The notes beneath the pieces are model-generated. The model was not told where the DNA came from, did not search any database, and saw only the letters and a list, made by a program, of their open reading frames with translations. Position numbers and translations under genes: made by a program. A stretch of 64,000 nucleotides of DNA from a virus: the IMG/VR virus record IMGVR_UViG_3300049847_000198, positions 1-64,000 of that record; one strand, given 5' to 3'. Shown in pieces: positions 8,919-19,542 of this stretch (positions are counted from its first letter, which is position 1; every line of letters starts with the position of its first letter).

Positions 8919-9479
8919 CTAAAGCGAAGCGGTCGCTTCCTGTTTCGGTGGGCGACCCGGTGGGTTCTTGGTCGTCGCCAACGCAGTCGCGACGCCTTCG
9001 TTCACCATCTGTTGAACGATCGACTTAAAGAACTCAACCGGCATACTGCCATTCATCAACGAGAAGTTATTCGGAATATGGTCAATCACCTCGGCTTCAG
9101 TAATCGCAACCATGTACCGGATGTCGCCGACACGCGGCTGGCTTCGTCGGTCATGCCGCTCGTTCTCGGCCTTGAACTTGATCGTCTCGGAGATGAGTCC
9201 GTTGACTTCTTTTCCGGGGACCGGCAGCAGGGAGTAGACGTTGATGACCTGCTCGGTCTTCTGTCGCTCGTGCTCGTCCATCGGATTCTGCTTCGGATGG
9301 ATGATTGTCTTGTTCGATCCCTTCAAAGAACCCCACGTCGCAAGCGGGCCGAGTTGGACCGTGACACGGTAGAACTTTGATTCGTCCACCTTCTCAAGCA
9401 TCTTGAGCTTGGCAAAGATGACTGCCTTTTCTTTCGGAAGTCGTTCAAACTTTACTTCGCTGGTCATCTGGAAATCCAC
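8919..9479 (-). CDS. hypothetical protein (isolated minus-strand gene, C-terminal GRPPK AT-hook-like motif)
   Basis: 186-aa ORF with AGGAG RBS. Confidence 0.65.
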   Translation of the reverse strand: MDFQMTSEVKFERLPKEKAVIFAKLKMLEKVDESKFYRVTVQLGPLATWGSLKGSNKTIIHPKQNPMDEHERQKTEQVINVYSLLPVPGKEVNGLISETIKFKAENERHDRRSQPRVGDIRYMVAITEAEVIDHIPNNFSLMNGSMPVEFFKSIVQQMVNEGVATALATTKNPPGRPPKQEATASL

Positions 9480-9562
9480 AGGAATCTTCTCCTAGTCGTG
9501 TATTGGAAATCATTTCCGACGAACTGTTTGTAGCAAAACAAACAGAGATGTAAAGGGAATCT

Positions 9563-12500
9563 ATGAATGAGGCGTGTGATGCTTGTGGAGACGGCATAGA
9601 GAGAAGGACGCCTAGTTCGTCTCCGAATCGTAACCAAGTGCGAGTCGGCAAGGTTGATTTGACGCTCTGCTACTACTGCTCGCACGACATTCACGAGCAG
9701 TTGAGTCTTGGATGTTTGTGGGTGCGTTTACCGAAGCCAAGCGGCGTTCAGGTTACAAAGAACATGCTGGGCGACGACGTGTATGGCAGTGCGACAGTGT
9801 TCGATGGCGGCAAGATGATCTTTCATCAGGAGTGAATCATGGGAGACATGGCGGACCTTGCAATGGACCATGCGTTTGACGCTTGGTGCGACCAAGAAGA
9901 CGGCGACGTTGATGACGATGGATTACACCACGACGATTCGTTTTGGATGCCGAAAGGCACAACCAAGACATGCCGTTTCTGTGGCGTTAAAGGTCTTCAT
10001 TGGGGCAAGTGGAAAGGTGCTTGGCGACTGTTCTCGAAGGCTGGGTTGCTGCATGGATGCTGTCTGATTCCGCCGTTCCCTGCCAAGGCGATCAAATACG
10101 AGTCGTGCATCGAAGAAGCGAAGCATCGGCGATTCGATGGTAAAACTGTTTTTGAGATGATCGACATGCTCAAGACTGGAAACGGCGCTGAATGGAATCC
10201 AGAAGGACAAGACCTGATATCTCTGATTCGCCGCCTGTGCGATGAAGCGATGAAACACGATCCGAAACGAATGTGTGATCCACCTGCTGGATGGAGGCCA
10301 AGGCAATGAGCGATCAAAACACAAGACTGCTCGCCGCCAATGACGCTCTCGCTCTGTTTGCTTTCGACACATGGTTAGAGATGAAAGGAAACCGAGTCGT
10401 CGTTTGTTGGAGAAACTGGAACAGCCTGAAAGTCACTCGCCGGCAGTGGGCGTGTCGCGGACAAGACTTCTATCCTGTATGGAATCGTTTGTGGGGACAC
10501 GGAGGAACGTCATCGACTGCTTTGTCGCAGTTGATTCGATGGGTCCAAGACAAGCCTGTGTTGCCGATGGGGACTTGGCGACATTGGATTGGTCCAGTGT
10601 GTTTGCTTGGGAGGGAGCGTGGACCAAGGATTCTTGATCTACTGAAAGCTGCTGAATATCCAGAACACGCATACTGCGTTCTTTGCGGTGATCGGATTGA
10701 CGGCGGAATTGATTGGTGGCATCTCAAAAATATCTCTGGTCCATGCTGTAGCTGGAACTCAGGGTGCAGACAGAAAGTGAATCAATGAGCAAGTTCTTCA
10801 AGCTGTCCGTTTCGCGTTCCGAGACGACTGACGTTTACCTCAAGTGCAACGACTTGATGACTCCGCGTGACGCTATGCGATGCCCGGACATCGGCGAAGC
10901 CTGCCATGAAACGACCGACGATACCGACTGGGACAACTTCGGATGGGAGCACGACGTAGAGGTCCACGGATGCGTCGAAGTGTCTGAGGAAGAAGCGAAT
11001 CAGTTCCAAGTGTTTGACACTGAGAAAGGTGAGACATGAGCGAAGAGAAACGATGCTTGGGACATTGCTGTCGAGCCTTCAGTCTTGGAGTTCCTTATGA
11101 AGAACTCGTGGCCGATCCGAAGCGATTCAAAGATGGCGAACAGATTCTGGATATGCTGATTCCGCTTGGAGTGCTGTCCGACGAACAAGTCAAAGAGCGG
11201 TACGGTATCTCAGCGATTTCTTCCACTGGTTCCTGTGCGACCTTCACATGCAAGCATCTTGCCGAGAACGGCGATTGTTCCATCTATGATAACCGTCCTC
11301 TGATGTGCGTTTCGTATCCGGGACCAACATTGAAGGCTTGTCTTTGGAAAGAGTGCGAAGCGTCGTGCGGACTGAAGGCGAAACTCGAAAACGTATTTGG
11401 AGACGCGAATCTTGAATGCAAACACGGGTAGACCATCAACGATCACCGAAGAAGACATCGCTCGCTGGGAGAAGTCGCTTCGCAACTACATCAACACCGA
11501 ATCTGAGCATGGATTCAACGTAGAGTTGATTCTTGGCGGAGATCGTGGCAGAAATGTCTGGTTCTGCGGCGAGTGGCTTGGAGAGCAAGTCGATAAGTAC
11601 GGCGGCGACGACGCTGAAGTTCATTCCGTCTGCTTCGCGAACGGACAACGTCTCGCGTTCTGTCGCGACGAAGAACTATGGGCGATAACAGAGGCGTCGT
11701 TGAAGAGGTTCTTGCAAGGCAGACCGGACGTTCCGGGTGCGGCATTGGCGGAGTTGTTATCGGTGTCACGCAGAAGTTGAACGGCATGGCGACTGTGCAT
11801 GTCCAAGGCACAGGCTGCGAAGCGAACGACACTCGCGTTATCGAAGTCCACGATCCTAAGTGGGAGGTCTCTGAAGGCGACTCGTGCTGGTGGCAGTCGC
11901 ACAGAGCGTTCTTTCAGTCGTCCACCAAAGAGCCGTTTGAACTCAAGATGACATGGAATAGCTGATGACAAAAGAGACCGGAATATCACTGGTTGCTGGG
12001 TTGCTGTGCGGCATCTCTTGCCTTGCAGGGTTCTTGGTCGGCATCGACACAGAGCGTGAACGATTTCAGAAAGAATGCGTTAAGCGCGGAGTGGGCGAAT
12101 ACGACAAGACATCAGGTTCTTGGCAATGGAGCGGTTTCACCAACGACAACGCGAACTTCAACGAACTGATGGAGCGAAACCGATGAACGCTTCATGGATG
12201 GTTGATGCCGGTCTTTTTGAGAAAGACACGCTGCCGAAGCTGCAAGAGATCGGAATAAAAGTCGGCGATATGGCGTCTGCTGGCGATGTAGACGCTCAGG
12301 AGTGCATGGAGACTTACGAGACGCTGCGTAGGTCGTTTGATCCTGTCACGCACCACAGGCTACGCCTGAGCGTTTACAAGCTGCGACACAGAATTCTTTC
12401 CAAGGAGACGACATGATTACGATCCAGAAAAGCGAGACGGCAGACACACGCACCTGCGACTACGCGAATGTGACCAAGGAGACGCTTCTGGCAAGCTCTC

Positions 12501-12871
12501 TCCAGCACATCGAAGACGTTCGACGCGGGCTTGGGTTCTTTGCCAACCGACTCGATTACGCCGCGAACGCTCACGACACAGACAAGATCACGGACATCGA
12601 CGGATTCCATGCCGATTTCTTGACTGGTTTCAAAGAGACCGGATGGTGGGACCGGCATCGCAGGCTGAATCGCCACCATCTCACGCAGGCGGACGGCATT
12701 CCTGCTGACGTGAACTTGATCGACGTGCTGGACTTTGTGGCGGACTGCGTCATGGCCGGCATGGCTCGTAGCGGGAGCGTGTATCCTCTGAAGTTGACGC
12801 CAGAACTTCTTGAGACGGCGTTTCAGAACACGGTCGAGTTACTGAAGAAGAACGTCGTCGTTGCTGAGTGA
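9563..12871 (+). other. operon of ~10 small overlapping hypothetical genes, several Cys-rich
   Basis: ORFs 9563-9835, 9839-10309, 10306-10788, 10785-11039, 11036-11431, ~11397-11780, 11965-12186, 12183-12416, 12413-12871; most joined by ATGA overlaps. Confidence 0.65.
11036..11431 (+). CDS. YkgJ/CxxCxxCC-like Fe-S or Zn cluster protein
   Basis: CLGHCC...CKHL...CSIYDNRPLMCVSYP. Confidence 0.75.
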   Translation: MSEEKRCLGHCCRAFSLGVPYEELVADPKRFKDGEQILDMLIPLGVLSDEQVKERYGISAISSTGSCATFTCKHLAENGDCSIYDNRPLMCVSYPGPTLKACLWKECEASCGLKAKLENVFGDANLECKHG

Positions 12872-12900
12872 TGGTTCTTTTTGGCAATGACATACTTGGT

Positions 12901-14106
12901 TCACCTTGCGGATAGCAGTGCGTCTTCCTTCTTCAACGGGTCGGCTTGATGGATCGCAATAGGCGACACCTCAGCGGCCGAGTCCCTCGAAAGGCGAATT
13001 ACCCCGATTGACACCAGGGCACGGGCGAGAACGACTCTGGCACTTGCATGGTCGCGATGGCATTGCGAACCACAACTACAGTTGTGTTCTCGTTCCGAAA
13101 GTTCTTTCTTCTTGACGACCCCGCAATCGGGGCACTCTTGGGATGTGCCTCTTGGATCAACCTGAACGAATACCCGCGCAGCATTTGCAGCTTTCACGGA
13201 GATTTGATTCATGAAGATTCCCCAAGAGGCGTCACTTATCGACTTGGCCAAGCAATGATTCTTGACCATCCCTTTGATGTTGAGTTTCTCGGCCGCAATG
13301 AACGAGAAGCCGCGAACGAGTTCTGTGCTCCGACGATGACAGAACGATCTCCGTTGAGCGGCAATTCGCTCATGTTGCCGTTGCAGGCGAACTACCGCCT
13401 TGCGGCGATTTTGGCTGCCCTTCTTCTTGCGAGACACCGACCTCTGTAAGCCTCGCAGCTTCTTCTCTGACTTGCGGTAGAAGCGTGGATTTTCAATCTG
13501 CGATCCGTCGCTCAACGTAGCGAATGACTCCAATCCAACGTCGATGCCGACTGAGCCTTGATCTTCAAGGTTCTTGATCGTCGTGGACTCAGTAACAACG
13601 ACTTGGCCATACCAACCTGATGCCCGGCGGATGATCCTGAGTAGTTTCTGCGTCTTGGAAATTCGTTGGTTTCCGCAGCGAATCCGAACCAATCCGAGTT
13701 TCGGAATCGAGACAAGACTATCTCCGCGAACGTACTGGCCGACCGCTGCATACTCCATGCTGTTGTACCGTTTCCAAGAACGGAATCGCGGAAACCCAAC
13801 CTTGCCGGCACCTGCCTTTGCCCGGCGGAAGAATGCCTGTAATCCGCGATCAACGCGACGCAGGGCGTCACGCTCAAAAGCCACTGGAATCGAAGCAAGC
13901 CCCACCATTCGGGCACGCTGCTGTGTCAACAACGCTTGCTGCTGATTGTAATTCACAGACCCAGCACGCCGCTCATAGGCTTTGATTCGCTGATCCAAGG
14001 CTCGATTGAAGATTCCACAGCAAGTCCGCATCCACGAAGAGAGTGTCTCTTCTTGGGCGGGCTTGAGATAGAGTTTGAATTCAATCGTTTTCATCGGCTT
14101 GTTCAC
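12901..14106 (-). CDS. tnpB: IS200/IS605-family TnpB RNA-guided endonuclease, no adjacent TnpA
   Basis: HTH-like N-terminus KTIEFKLY; GFPRFR; RuvC-I GIDVG, RuvC-II AAEKLNIKGM, CPDCG..CSCG Zn finger, RuvC-III HRD. Confidence 0.92.
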   Translation of the reverse strand: MNKPMKTIEFKLYLKPAQEETLSSWMRTCCGIFNRALDQRIKAYERRAGSVNYNQQQALLTQQRARMVGLASIPVAFERDALRRVDRGLQAFFRRAKAGAGKVGFPRFRSWKRYNSMEYAAVGQYVRGDSLVSIPKLGLVRIRCGNQRISKTQKLLRIIRRASGWYGQVVVTESTTIKNLEDQGSVGIDVGLESFATLSDGSQIENPRFYRKSEKKLRGLQRSVSRKKKGSQNRRKAVVRLQRQHERIAAQRRSFCHRRSTELVRGFSFIAAEKLNIKGMVKNHCLAKSISDASWGIFMNQISVKAANAARVFVQVDPRGTSQECPDCGVVKKKELSEREHNCSCGSQCHRDHASARVVLARALVSIGVIRLSRDSAAEVSPIAIHQADPLKKEDALLSAR

Positions 14107-14237
14107 TTGCTGAGTTTTCGCCGCGCGGCCAATTTCCGGTAGTAATCCGAATCACCGCGAACCTTCGAGGCTCCGGTCGTTTGGCCACCCTTAGCACCGC
14201 ACTTCGCAAGATACGCGGACAACTCTGATTTCCTCAT
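14103..14237 (-). CDS. 44-aa KGG-motif basic peptide translationally coupled to tnpB
   Basis: MRKSELSAYLAKCGAKGGQTTGASKVRGDSDYYRKLAARRKLSK*; GTGA overlap with tnpB start. Confidence 0.65.
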   Translation of the reverse strand: MRKSELSAYLAKCGAKGGQTTGASKVRGDSDYYRKLAARRKLSK

Positions 14238-14245
14238 GGTGCCCA

Positions 14246-14273
14246 ATTCTACGCAAGCAGCTTGCGGTGTCAA
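14246..14273 (-). promoter_or_regulatory. promoter with a perfect palindrome in the spacer
   Basis: TTGACA-16-TAGAAT; CGCAAGC-N-GCTTGCG at 14252-14266. Confidence 0.7.
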
Positions 14274-14458
14274 TCCGATTCAGCGTGGTGAGTCAAGTAA
14301 GTCATTTATTTCCTTGGCATAGTCAATGCCGCCGCCACGTCTTGGCATTTCCAGAGTCCTTTGAACTGGAGAAGTCCTTAAAAGAGCATTGGGAAGATGA
14401 AAGGACAATCATCTTGTCGAGGGCGACTCTATCCCAACGCGAACGTAGTTTACTAAAA

Positions 14459-14489
14459 GAAAAAGCCCACCTCAAGGGAGATGGGCTTA
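14459..14489 (-). terminator. terminator after the major capsid gene
   Basis: AAGCCCA/TGGGCTT stem followed by a T run on the minus strand. Confidence 0.65.
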
Positions 14490-14511
14490 ATAGTTTGTTC
14501 AACCAGACTCG

Positions 14512-15978
14512 CTAGGAACCCAAAAGAACGTCGATCAAACCGACTGAACTTGCGTGCCTTGGCGCACAGTCAGCGTAGCTGGTCGCTCGTATAGCAAGCA
14601 CCCGGCGAGCAAAATCTGTGCTGTCGCTGTTCGTCATCGCCATGTCCATGACACCGGCCATACCCATGAGGATTTCGGACGGCACAATCGCGAGGATCAT
14701 GGTCAAGTCCGTCGCCGAACCCTTCGCTCGGTTGTTCGGCGTGTTCGTGGACTTGATGACCGGGTTGGAATCGACGCTCGGAGCCTGACCGACACCGCGA
14801 GCGGCGTCGTCGAAGACGTATCGACCGAGAGAGTCCTTACGCTTCGTCACGGCGGTCCAGAGACCGGGTCGTGTCAGAACCGCTACGCCGCGATCTGTCG
14901 GGGCGTTCGCTTCGTCCATGTCGGCAATCAAGAAAGAGATGTCCGACGTGCCAAGCGTGTTACCGTTCGCCCCAACGGTCGAGGCGACACGGGTGATGAT
15001 GCCAGAGACACCGACCAAGCCGGGAATCTCGTTGGAACCGTGACCAGCCCCGTCGAACATATCGCGGTCGATCTTCAACATCGAGACGCGAGCCAAGTCT
15101 TCGCGGATCAAGGCTTCCACCGAGATGCTCGCGTACTTGATGAGGTCTTCAGTGACCTTCGACAAGCCAGAGTAAGCCTGAGCGGCGAGATCGACGGTGT
15201 TGAACGTCATCTCGGTCTCAGAGATCGTCCCGAACTCAGAGTATCCGTCAACGGTGTTGGCGGTGATCTGACGCGGATACCGAATCAACCCCTGCGGAGG
15301 CAGCGGGAACTGACGCACGCCAGCACGGGCGAACGCCAAGCTGTTACGCAGAATCTCGATCAACTCACCCTGAGCAGCGAGCGGACGCAAGTAGCCGCCC
15401 TGTCCAGCTGTGGTGTAGTTGTTCGGGTCTTTCTGGATGTCCATCCCCTTCAGGACGCCGCGCTGACGCAACCACGCGAGTTCGTCAGGATCAACGCTCG
15501 GCGAAGAACCGAAGTTCTGCTGAATCTCCTTGATGACGTCCATCGGGACGCCGGGAGCCTCAGTCGGTGTTCCGTCTTCCTTCATGCATGAGTGCGGGTC
15601 GATGCGGAGCAGTTCCGAAGAAATCGGGCACATCGTTTCCGAAGAAAGACCAAGTCCCTTCGAGATTCGCTTGTTGAGGTCGGTCTCGTAGGCACAGTGC
15701 TTGCGCCAATCAGAGTTCTTCTGAACGTCACGCTCAAAGAGACCGCGAACCATGTTCTGGAAGCGGAAGGACTGAGAAGTCCCGCCACTCTTCTTCATGT
15801 CGATCTGACCGGCAGGTGCTTGTGCCTTACCCTTCTCGTTGATGAGCGACTTCATCTCGGCGATGTCGCTCTTGAGTGTGTCGAGACCTTCAAGACCCTT
15901 GTTGATCTTGCCGATTTCGTCGGCCAGCGATTGAGCCGGATCGAGAGCAGGTTTGTCGAGCGTTGCGGTATCAGCCAT
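14512..15978 (-). CDS. major capsid protein (HK97 fold)
   Basis: coiled-coil N-terminal delta domain, GGYL..., IEILR, KDSLGRYVF, DF.R...AIRA motifs; downstream of portal and protease. Confidence 0.9.
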   Translation of the reverse strand: MADTATLDKPALDPAQSLADEIGKINKGLEGLDTLKSDIAEMKSLINEKGKAQAPAGQIDMKKSGGTSQSFRFQNMVRGLFERDVQKNSDWRKHCAYETDLNKRISKGLGLSSETMCPISSELLRIDPHSCMKEDGTPTEAPGVPMDVIKEIQQNFGSSPSVDPDELAWLRQRGVLKGMDIQKDPNNYTTAGQGGYLRPLAAQGELIEILRNSLAFARAGVRQFPLPPQGLIRYPRQITANTVDGYSEFGTISETEMTFNTVDLAAQAYSGLSKVTEDLIKYASISVEALIREDLARVSMLKIDRDMFDGAGHGSNEIPGLVGVSGIITRVASTVGANGNTLGTSDISFLIADMDEANAPTDRGVAVLTRPGLWTAVTKRKDSLGRYVFDDAARGVGQAPSVDSNPVIKSTNTPNNRAKGSATDLTMILAIVPSEILMGMAGVMDMAMTNSDSTDFARRVLAIRATSYADCAPRHASSVGLIDVLLGS

Positions 15979-16019
15979 TTTGAATATCCCTCTTCAAAAG
16001 ATTGGTGAGAAAAGACCGA

Positions 16020-17012
16020 TTAGTTGTTGAGGTCGAAGTCTGGGTCTTTCCCCATCGCCTTCAGCAACGACCTTTTTGTTTCGCTGTATTCGTTATGCAC
16101 GCTTTGGATTTTCTTAGCCGCTCCTTTGAGAACCGACATATATTCGTCCAACTCGTGCTGTTCACGCTGTTTCTCTAAGATTCGTGCCACCCGCGTCAAT
16201 AACGGTTCCTCTGTTGAGGCTACTTCTTTGACGGTTTCAACAAGAATCTCTTCGACGAGCGTTGGCGTTTCAGGCTTCGCGGTAGCGTCTAGCGAAGCGA
16301 GTGTTATCAGATGTCCGGGACCATCCTTCAGGTCATCTGATTCTTTCTTGGTCATCGAAGCACTTGCTGTCGCCGCAGGCTTCGGAGTCGGTGACGCAGC
16401 GGGAGGTGTTGGCGCCGCAGGCTTCGGTTGCAAAGCAACGAGGACAGGAACCAGCTTTTGTAAAGCGGCGAGCACATCATCAAGCGACGTGCCTTCACTC
16501 TCTTGTTCCTCTTCAACGTCCGGCACATCAACGCCGTGATACGCGGCAACCTTTGCTAGACGCAGCTTGTCCTTACTGTTCATGCTGCCGCTATTCGCGA
16601 CGAGTTCTTTGAGCGTTCGCTGCAACTCCATCTTGGTCTCGTCAGAGACAGTTGGAGTCACCATTTCGGTGTTTTGCACGACTGGTTCTTTGGCGATTTC
16701 TGTGTCTTCTTTGTGCGTACATTTACAGATGTCGCCTTCGCCAGACATCTCTTTGCTGCACTTCTCGCACTTGCCTTGCTTGGCGTTAGGTCGCAACGGC
16801 GCAGCGGAGTCCGTGCTCATGGCGTCTTTCTTCAAAAGAACGTCAATGTCACCACTGTCGTCGTCACCGTCGTCGTCTTCTGGACCGTCCGCTTCCTTGA
16901 CGATCAAGAACTTCGCCATCGGGACGGCGGGATTATTGACCAACGAAACTTCCTTGACCGTCAAGCCAACGATTTCGCCTTCGTCTTCACTGAGTTGGTC
17001 CGCAGTTTTCAT
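16020..17012 (-). CDS. scaffold-like protein starting with the prohead-protease EVSLVxxPA segment
   Basis: EVSLVNNPAVPMAKFLIVK, then an acidic, Pro-rich and coiled-coil body. Confidence 0.7.
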   Translation of the reverse strand: MKTADQLSEDEGEIVGLTVKEVSLVNNPAVPMAKFLIVKEADGPEDDDGDDDSGDIDVLLKKDAMSTDSAAPLRPNAKQGKCEKCSKEMSGEGDICKCTHKEDTEIAKEPVVQNTEMVTPTVSDETKMELQRTLKELVANSGSMNSKDKLRLAKVAAYHGVDVPDVEEEQESEGTSLDDVLAALQKLVPVLVALQPKPAAPTPPAASPTPKPAATASASMTKKESDDLKDGPGHLITLASLDATAKPETPTLVEEILVETVKEVASTEEPLLTRVARILEKQREQHELDEYMSVLKGAAKKIQSVHNEYSETKRSLLKAMGKDPDFDLNN

Positions 17013-17026
17013 GGTTCACCATCAAG

Positions 17027-17455
17027 CTATTTTGGAGGAAGTCGTTGGATGATCTTGTCTGCTCTTCCGCCAATCGAAAGGCCAGTGATCTCTCCAGACA
17101 GAATCTTTTGAATGAGTTCTTTTGAGAACACCTTGATGCCCTGGAACCAAGTCCCGGCAGGGTAGGTGACGCTCTTCGAGACGAGGTCAAAGGTCATTTC
17201 TCGATCGGACTGAAAGTTGTCTACGAGGACCGCTGAGGACTTCGCCAAAAGCGCCTGATGGCGATAGCCGATGTCCTGATAACGCTCCATGAAGTCGTCC
17301 AGCGTCTCGCGAATCTCTTCTTTTGTGATCCACTGGTCCTGAAGGTCCATCTTCCCTGGAACGAGGGCAGCGGCGAACACATACAGGTATTCCTTGTGGT
17401 TCTTGTCCTTTCGGAGAACCGTGGAAGCCTTCGTGATTTCGTGTGTTTGATTCAC
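17027..17455 (-). CDS. XkdF-like prohead serine protease domain
   Basis: LVPGKMDLQDQWIT..EI, YRH, GTW, GEITGLSIGG. Confidence 0.8.
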   Translation of the reverse strand: MNQTHEITKASTVLRKDKNHKEYLYVFAAALVPGKMDLQDQWITKEEIRETLDDFMERYQDIGYRHQALLAKSSAVLVDNFQSDREMTFDLVSKSVTYPAGTWFQGIKVFSKELIQKILSGEITGLSIGGRADKIIQRLPPK

Positions 17456-17691
17456 TTCTTAATCCTCAATCAGTTTCACAAGTTCGCCGGACTGCGGAGT
17501 CACGATGAACAGCGCGCCGGGGGCTTCCGTGTCCGTGATCTCGTAGTGGTCGTCGTAAGCAGCCGTGATCGTGACGTGCTGGAACACTTCTCCGATTCGG
17601 CATTGAGGTGAATAAACAGTCGATGGACCGGATGAGTAACATCCAGACCTTGCCGCCAAGGCGGTCAACATTGCGTGCATGTGTAAATCTC

Positions 17692-19068
17692 CTAAATCAC
17701 GGCCAAGTTTGCAGTGTCGGACTCTATTCCGCCGAGGCCGACCGTGTCATTATCAGTGTCATCGTCGTTCCCGAACGGTGCGATAGTAACGCCAGCCTGA
17801 AGCGTCGGGCGGTGTCCGCCAAGTTCAAACGGCGGTAGGTTGAACAGCAACTTACGGGCTTCGTTCTGGTCAATAGCGCCGAGATGTCCGAGCGTTTCAA
17901 TCGCCTTGGTCATCGACTGAAGATCAGACACGTCGAATGGTCCAACCTGAATCAACAGGTCTGGTTCAAAATCTTTCGCCAAGCCGTTCGTCAACGCTTG
18001 CCCGTAAGCCACGAGGCGAGGATTGATGCAGTTCTCGGCGTAAGTTTTCAATGACGCCTGAGCGGACGCACGCGAGGCGTTCTGATTGAGTCCGACAACC
18101 TCTAGCGGCATCTGGAACGTGGCCGAAATGAACTTCAGCGTCATCATCAGCGAATCGGCATAGTTCAATTCGCTGCCGCCGCCCTTGGGACTAGACAGCA
18201 TTTTCATGCCGCTGTGCAGCACCATCGGGACGCCGGACTGCTCAGAAACGCGATGCTGACTCCAGATTTCATGCACCAACTGCTTGAGTTGATGTGCAGA
18301 CCCAATCTTCTGGTCTGTACCAAGAATCAAGCCCGGTTCGGCGTAGTTTGAAAAACGATATCGCTCGCGTGTGAACATCTCGTTTTCGAGTTCAACCGCT
18401 GCCTCGCACGCGAGCGTATGCGGGAACCCATAGAACCGCTGTGTGCCTTGCTGATCTGGCGACGCCTCTTTGACGTGGATCATCTCGTTCGCGTGAACGT
18501 CCCACATCGCCGCCCCGAAGTACCGAGCAGAGACGCGATAGCCTTGGACCCAGTCGTCAGAACTCGGAATCACTCGCACGAACTGCGGAGAGATGGGATG
18601 CAATGCGACAGGCGTTCCGAATCCGTTCTTCACCTTCAGGGCGTAAGCGTTGCCGCTGAGTAACTGCCACGAAATCATCATCTCGTGAAAAACAGCAGGT
18701 GTGTACGCGGGATTCGGATCGTTCAGCAGTTCGACAAGCGGGTGATTCGCGGAGACGGGCAGGAAGACTTCGCCTGACTTCTTCCACTTTCTTCGCAGCA
18801 CTTTGTAGCCCATCGTCGCGATCTTCGACGCGATGGCCTTCGTGCAGATGTAGAGCGAACCCTTGTAGAGCGACAGGATTTGATCGTGATTCGCCGACCA
18901 TTCCGCAGTGCGTTTTACGCCGGGAAGTCCGTAGTAGTCCCCGATCAGCATTCGGGAGACTGAAGCGATACCGCCAGTGTTCTTGTTGTATGCCTTACGC
19001 ATCGGCACCGCAGGGCCGAAATGGCTAAGTCGCGTTCTGTTCTGCTGCATCAGATTTGCGAGTGCCAT
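17692..19068 (-). CDS. portal protein (HK97-like)
   Basis: HPLVELLNDPNP, LLSGNAYA, P.ALHPISP, EMIHVK, FSNYAEPG, NEARK. Confidence 0.92.
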   Translation of the reverse strand: MALANLMQQNRTRLSHFGPAVPMRKAYNKNTGGIASVSRMLIGDYYGLPGVKRTAEWSANHDQILSLYKGSLYICTKAIASKIATMGYKVLRRKWKKSGEVFLPVSANHPLVELLNDPNPAYTPAVFHEMMISWQLLSGNAYALKVKNGFGTPVALHPISPQFVRVIPSSDDWVQGYRVSARYFGAAMWDVHANEMIHVKEASPDQQGTQRFYGFPHTLACEAAVELENEMFTRERYRFSNYAEPGLILGTDQKIGSAHQLKQLVHEIWSQHRVSEQSGVPMVLHSGMKMLSSPKGGGSELNYADSLMMTLKFISATFQMPLEVVGLNQNASRASAQASLKTYAENCINPRLVAYGQALTNGLAKDFEPDLLIQVGPFDVSDLQSMTKAIETLGHLGAIDQNEARKLLFNLPPFELGGHRPTLQAGVTIAPFGNDDDTDNDTVGLGGIESDTANLAVI

Positions 19069-19468
19069 GTTGCTCGTGCCCAGACATTGTGGCTAACAAA
19101 GACTCGACCGACTTCTGAAGGACTTGGTTCTGCGTGTCGTAAAACCTTGCCCCATGTTCCAGAATGGCGATCTTGTCGTTGGATATTTCAACATCCATTT
19201 GTAACCGACGCACGTCAGCACGCAAAGCTATGTTCGCGGACAAGGCTGCTGCTAGTTCTGTTTCCTTAGCCTCTCTTTCACGCCGAGCAGCATTCTTTTC
19301 TTGTGTTTCGGACTGCAAAAGAACTTCAAGCTGTGTATTCTTTTTGCTATAAGAAACAATCTTGGCGTCTGCCTTTGTAAGTCTTTCGAGAGTCTCTGCG
19401 AGTTCAGCCTCTTTGTCGGATAGTTCTTTCTGTCTGTCTCCAGCGATACGAAACCAGACGTCTCTCAT
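19025..19468 (-). CDS. coiled-coil protein upstream of portal
   Basis: long heptad repeats; overlaps portal start. Confidence 0.55.
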   Translation of the reverse strand: MRDVWFRIAGDRQKELSDKEAELAETLERLTKADAKIVSYSKKNTQLEVLLQSETQEKNAARREREAKETELAAALSANIALRADVRRLQMDVEISNDKIAILEHGARFYDTQNQVLQKSVESLLATMSGHEQHGTRKSDAAEQNAT

Positions 19469-19542
19469 TAGCCGAACATCTTTGAATTTCTGGATCAACC
19501 GACGCCGTGACGCCTGCACAATAGAGAAGTGGGGATGACGTA

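Noticed and set aside
12115-12128. Partial match to the putative TnpB guide (GGTTCTTGGCAATG)
   Set aside because: Needs a 3-nt gap; too short to distinguish from chance.
14554-17111. Long + strand ORFs opposite the capsid and scaffold genes
   Set aside because: Antisense shadows caused by codon bias of the real minus-strand genes.
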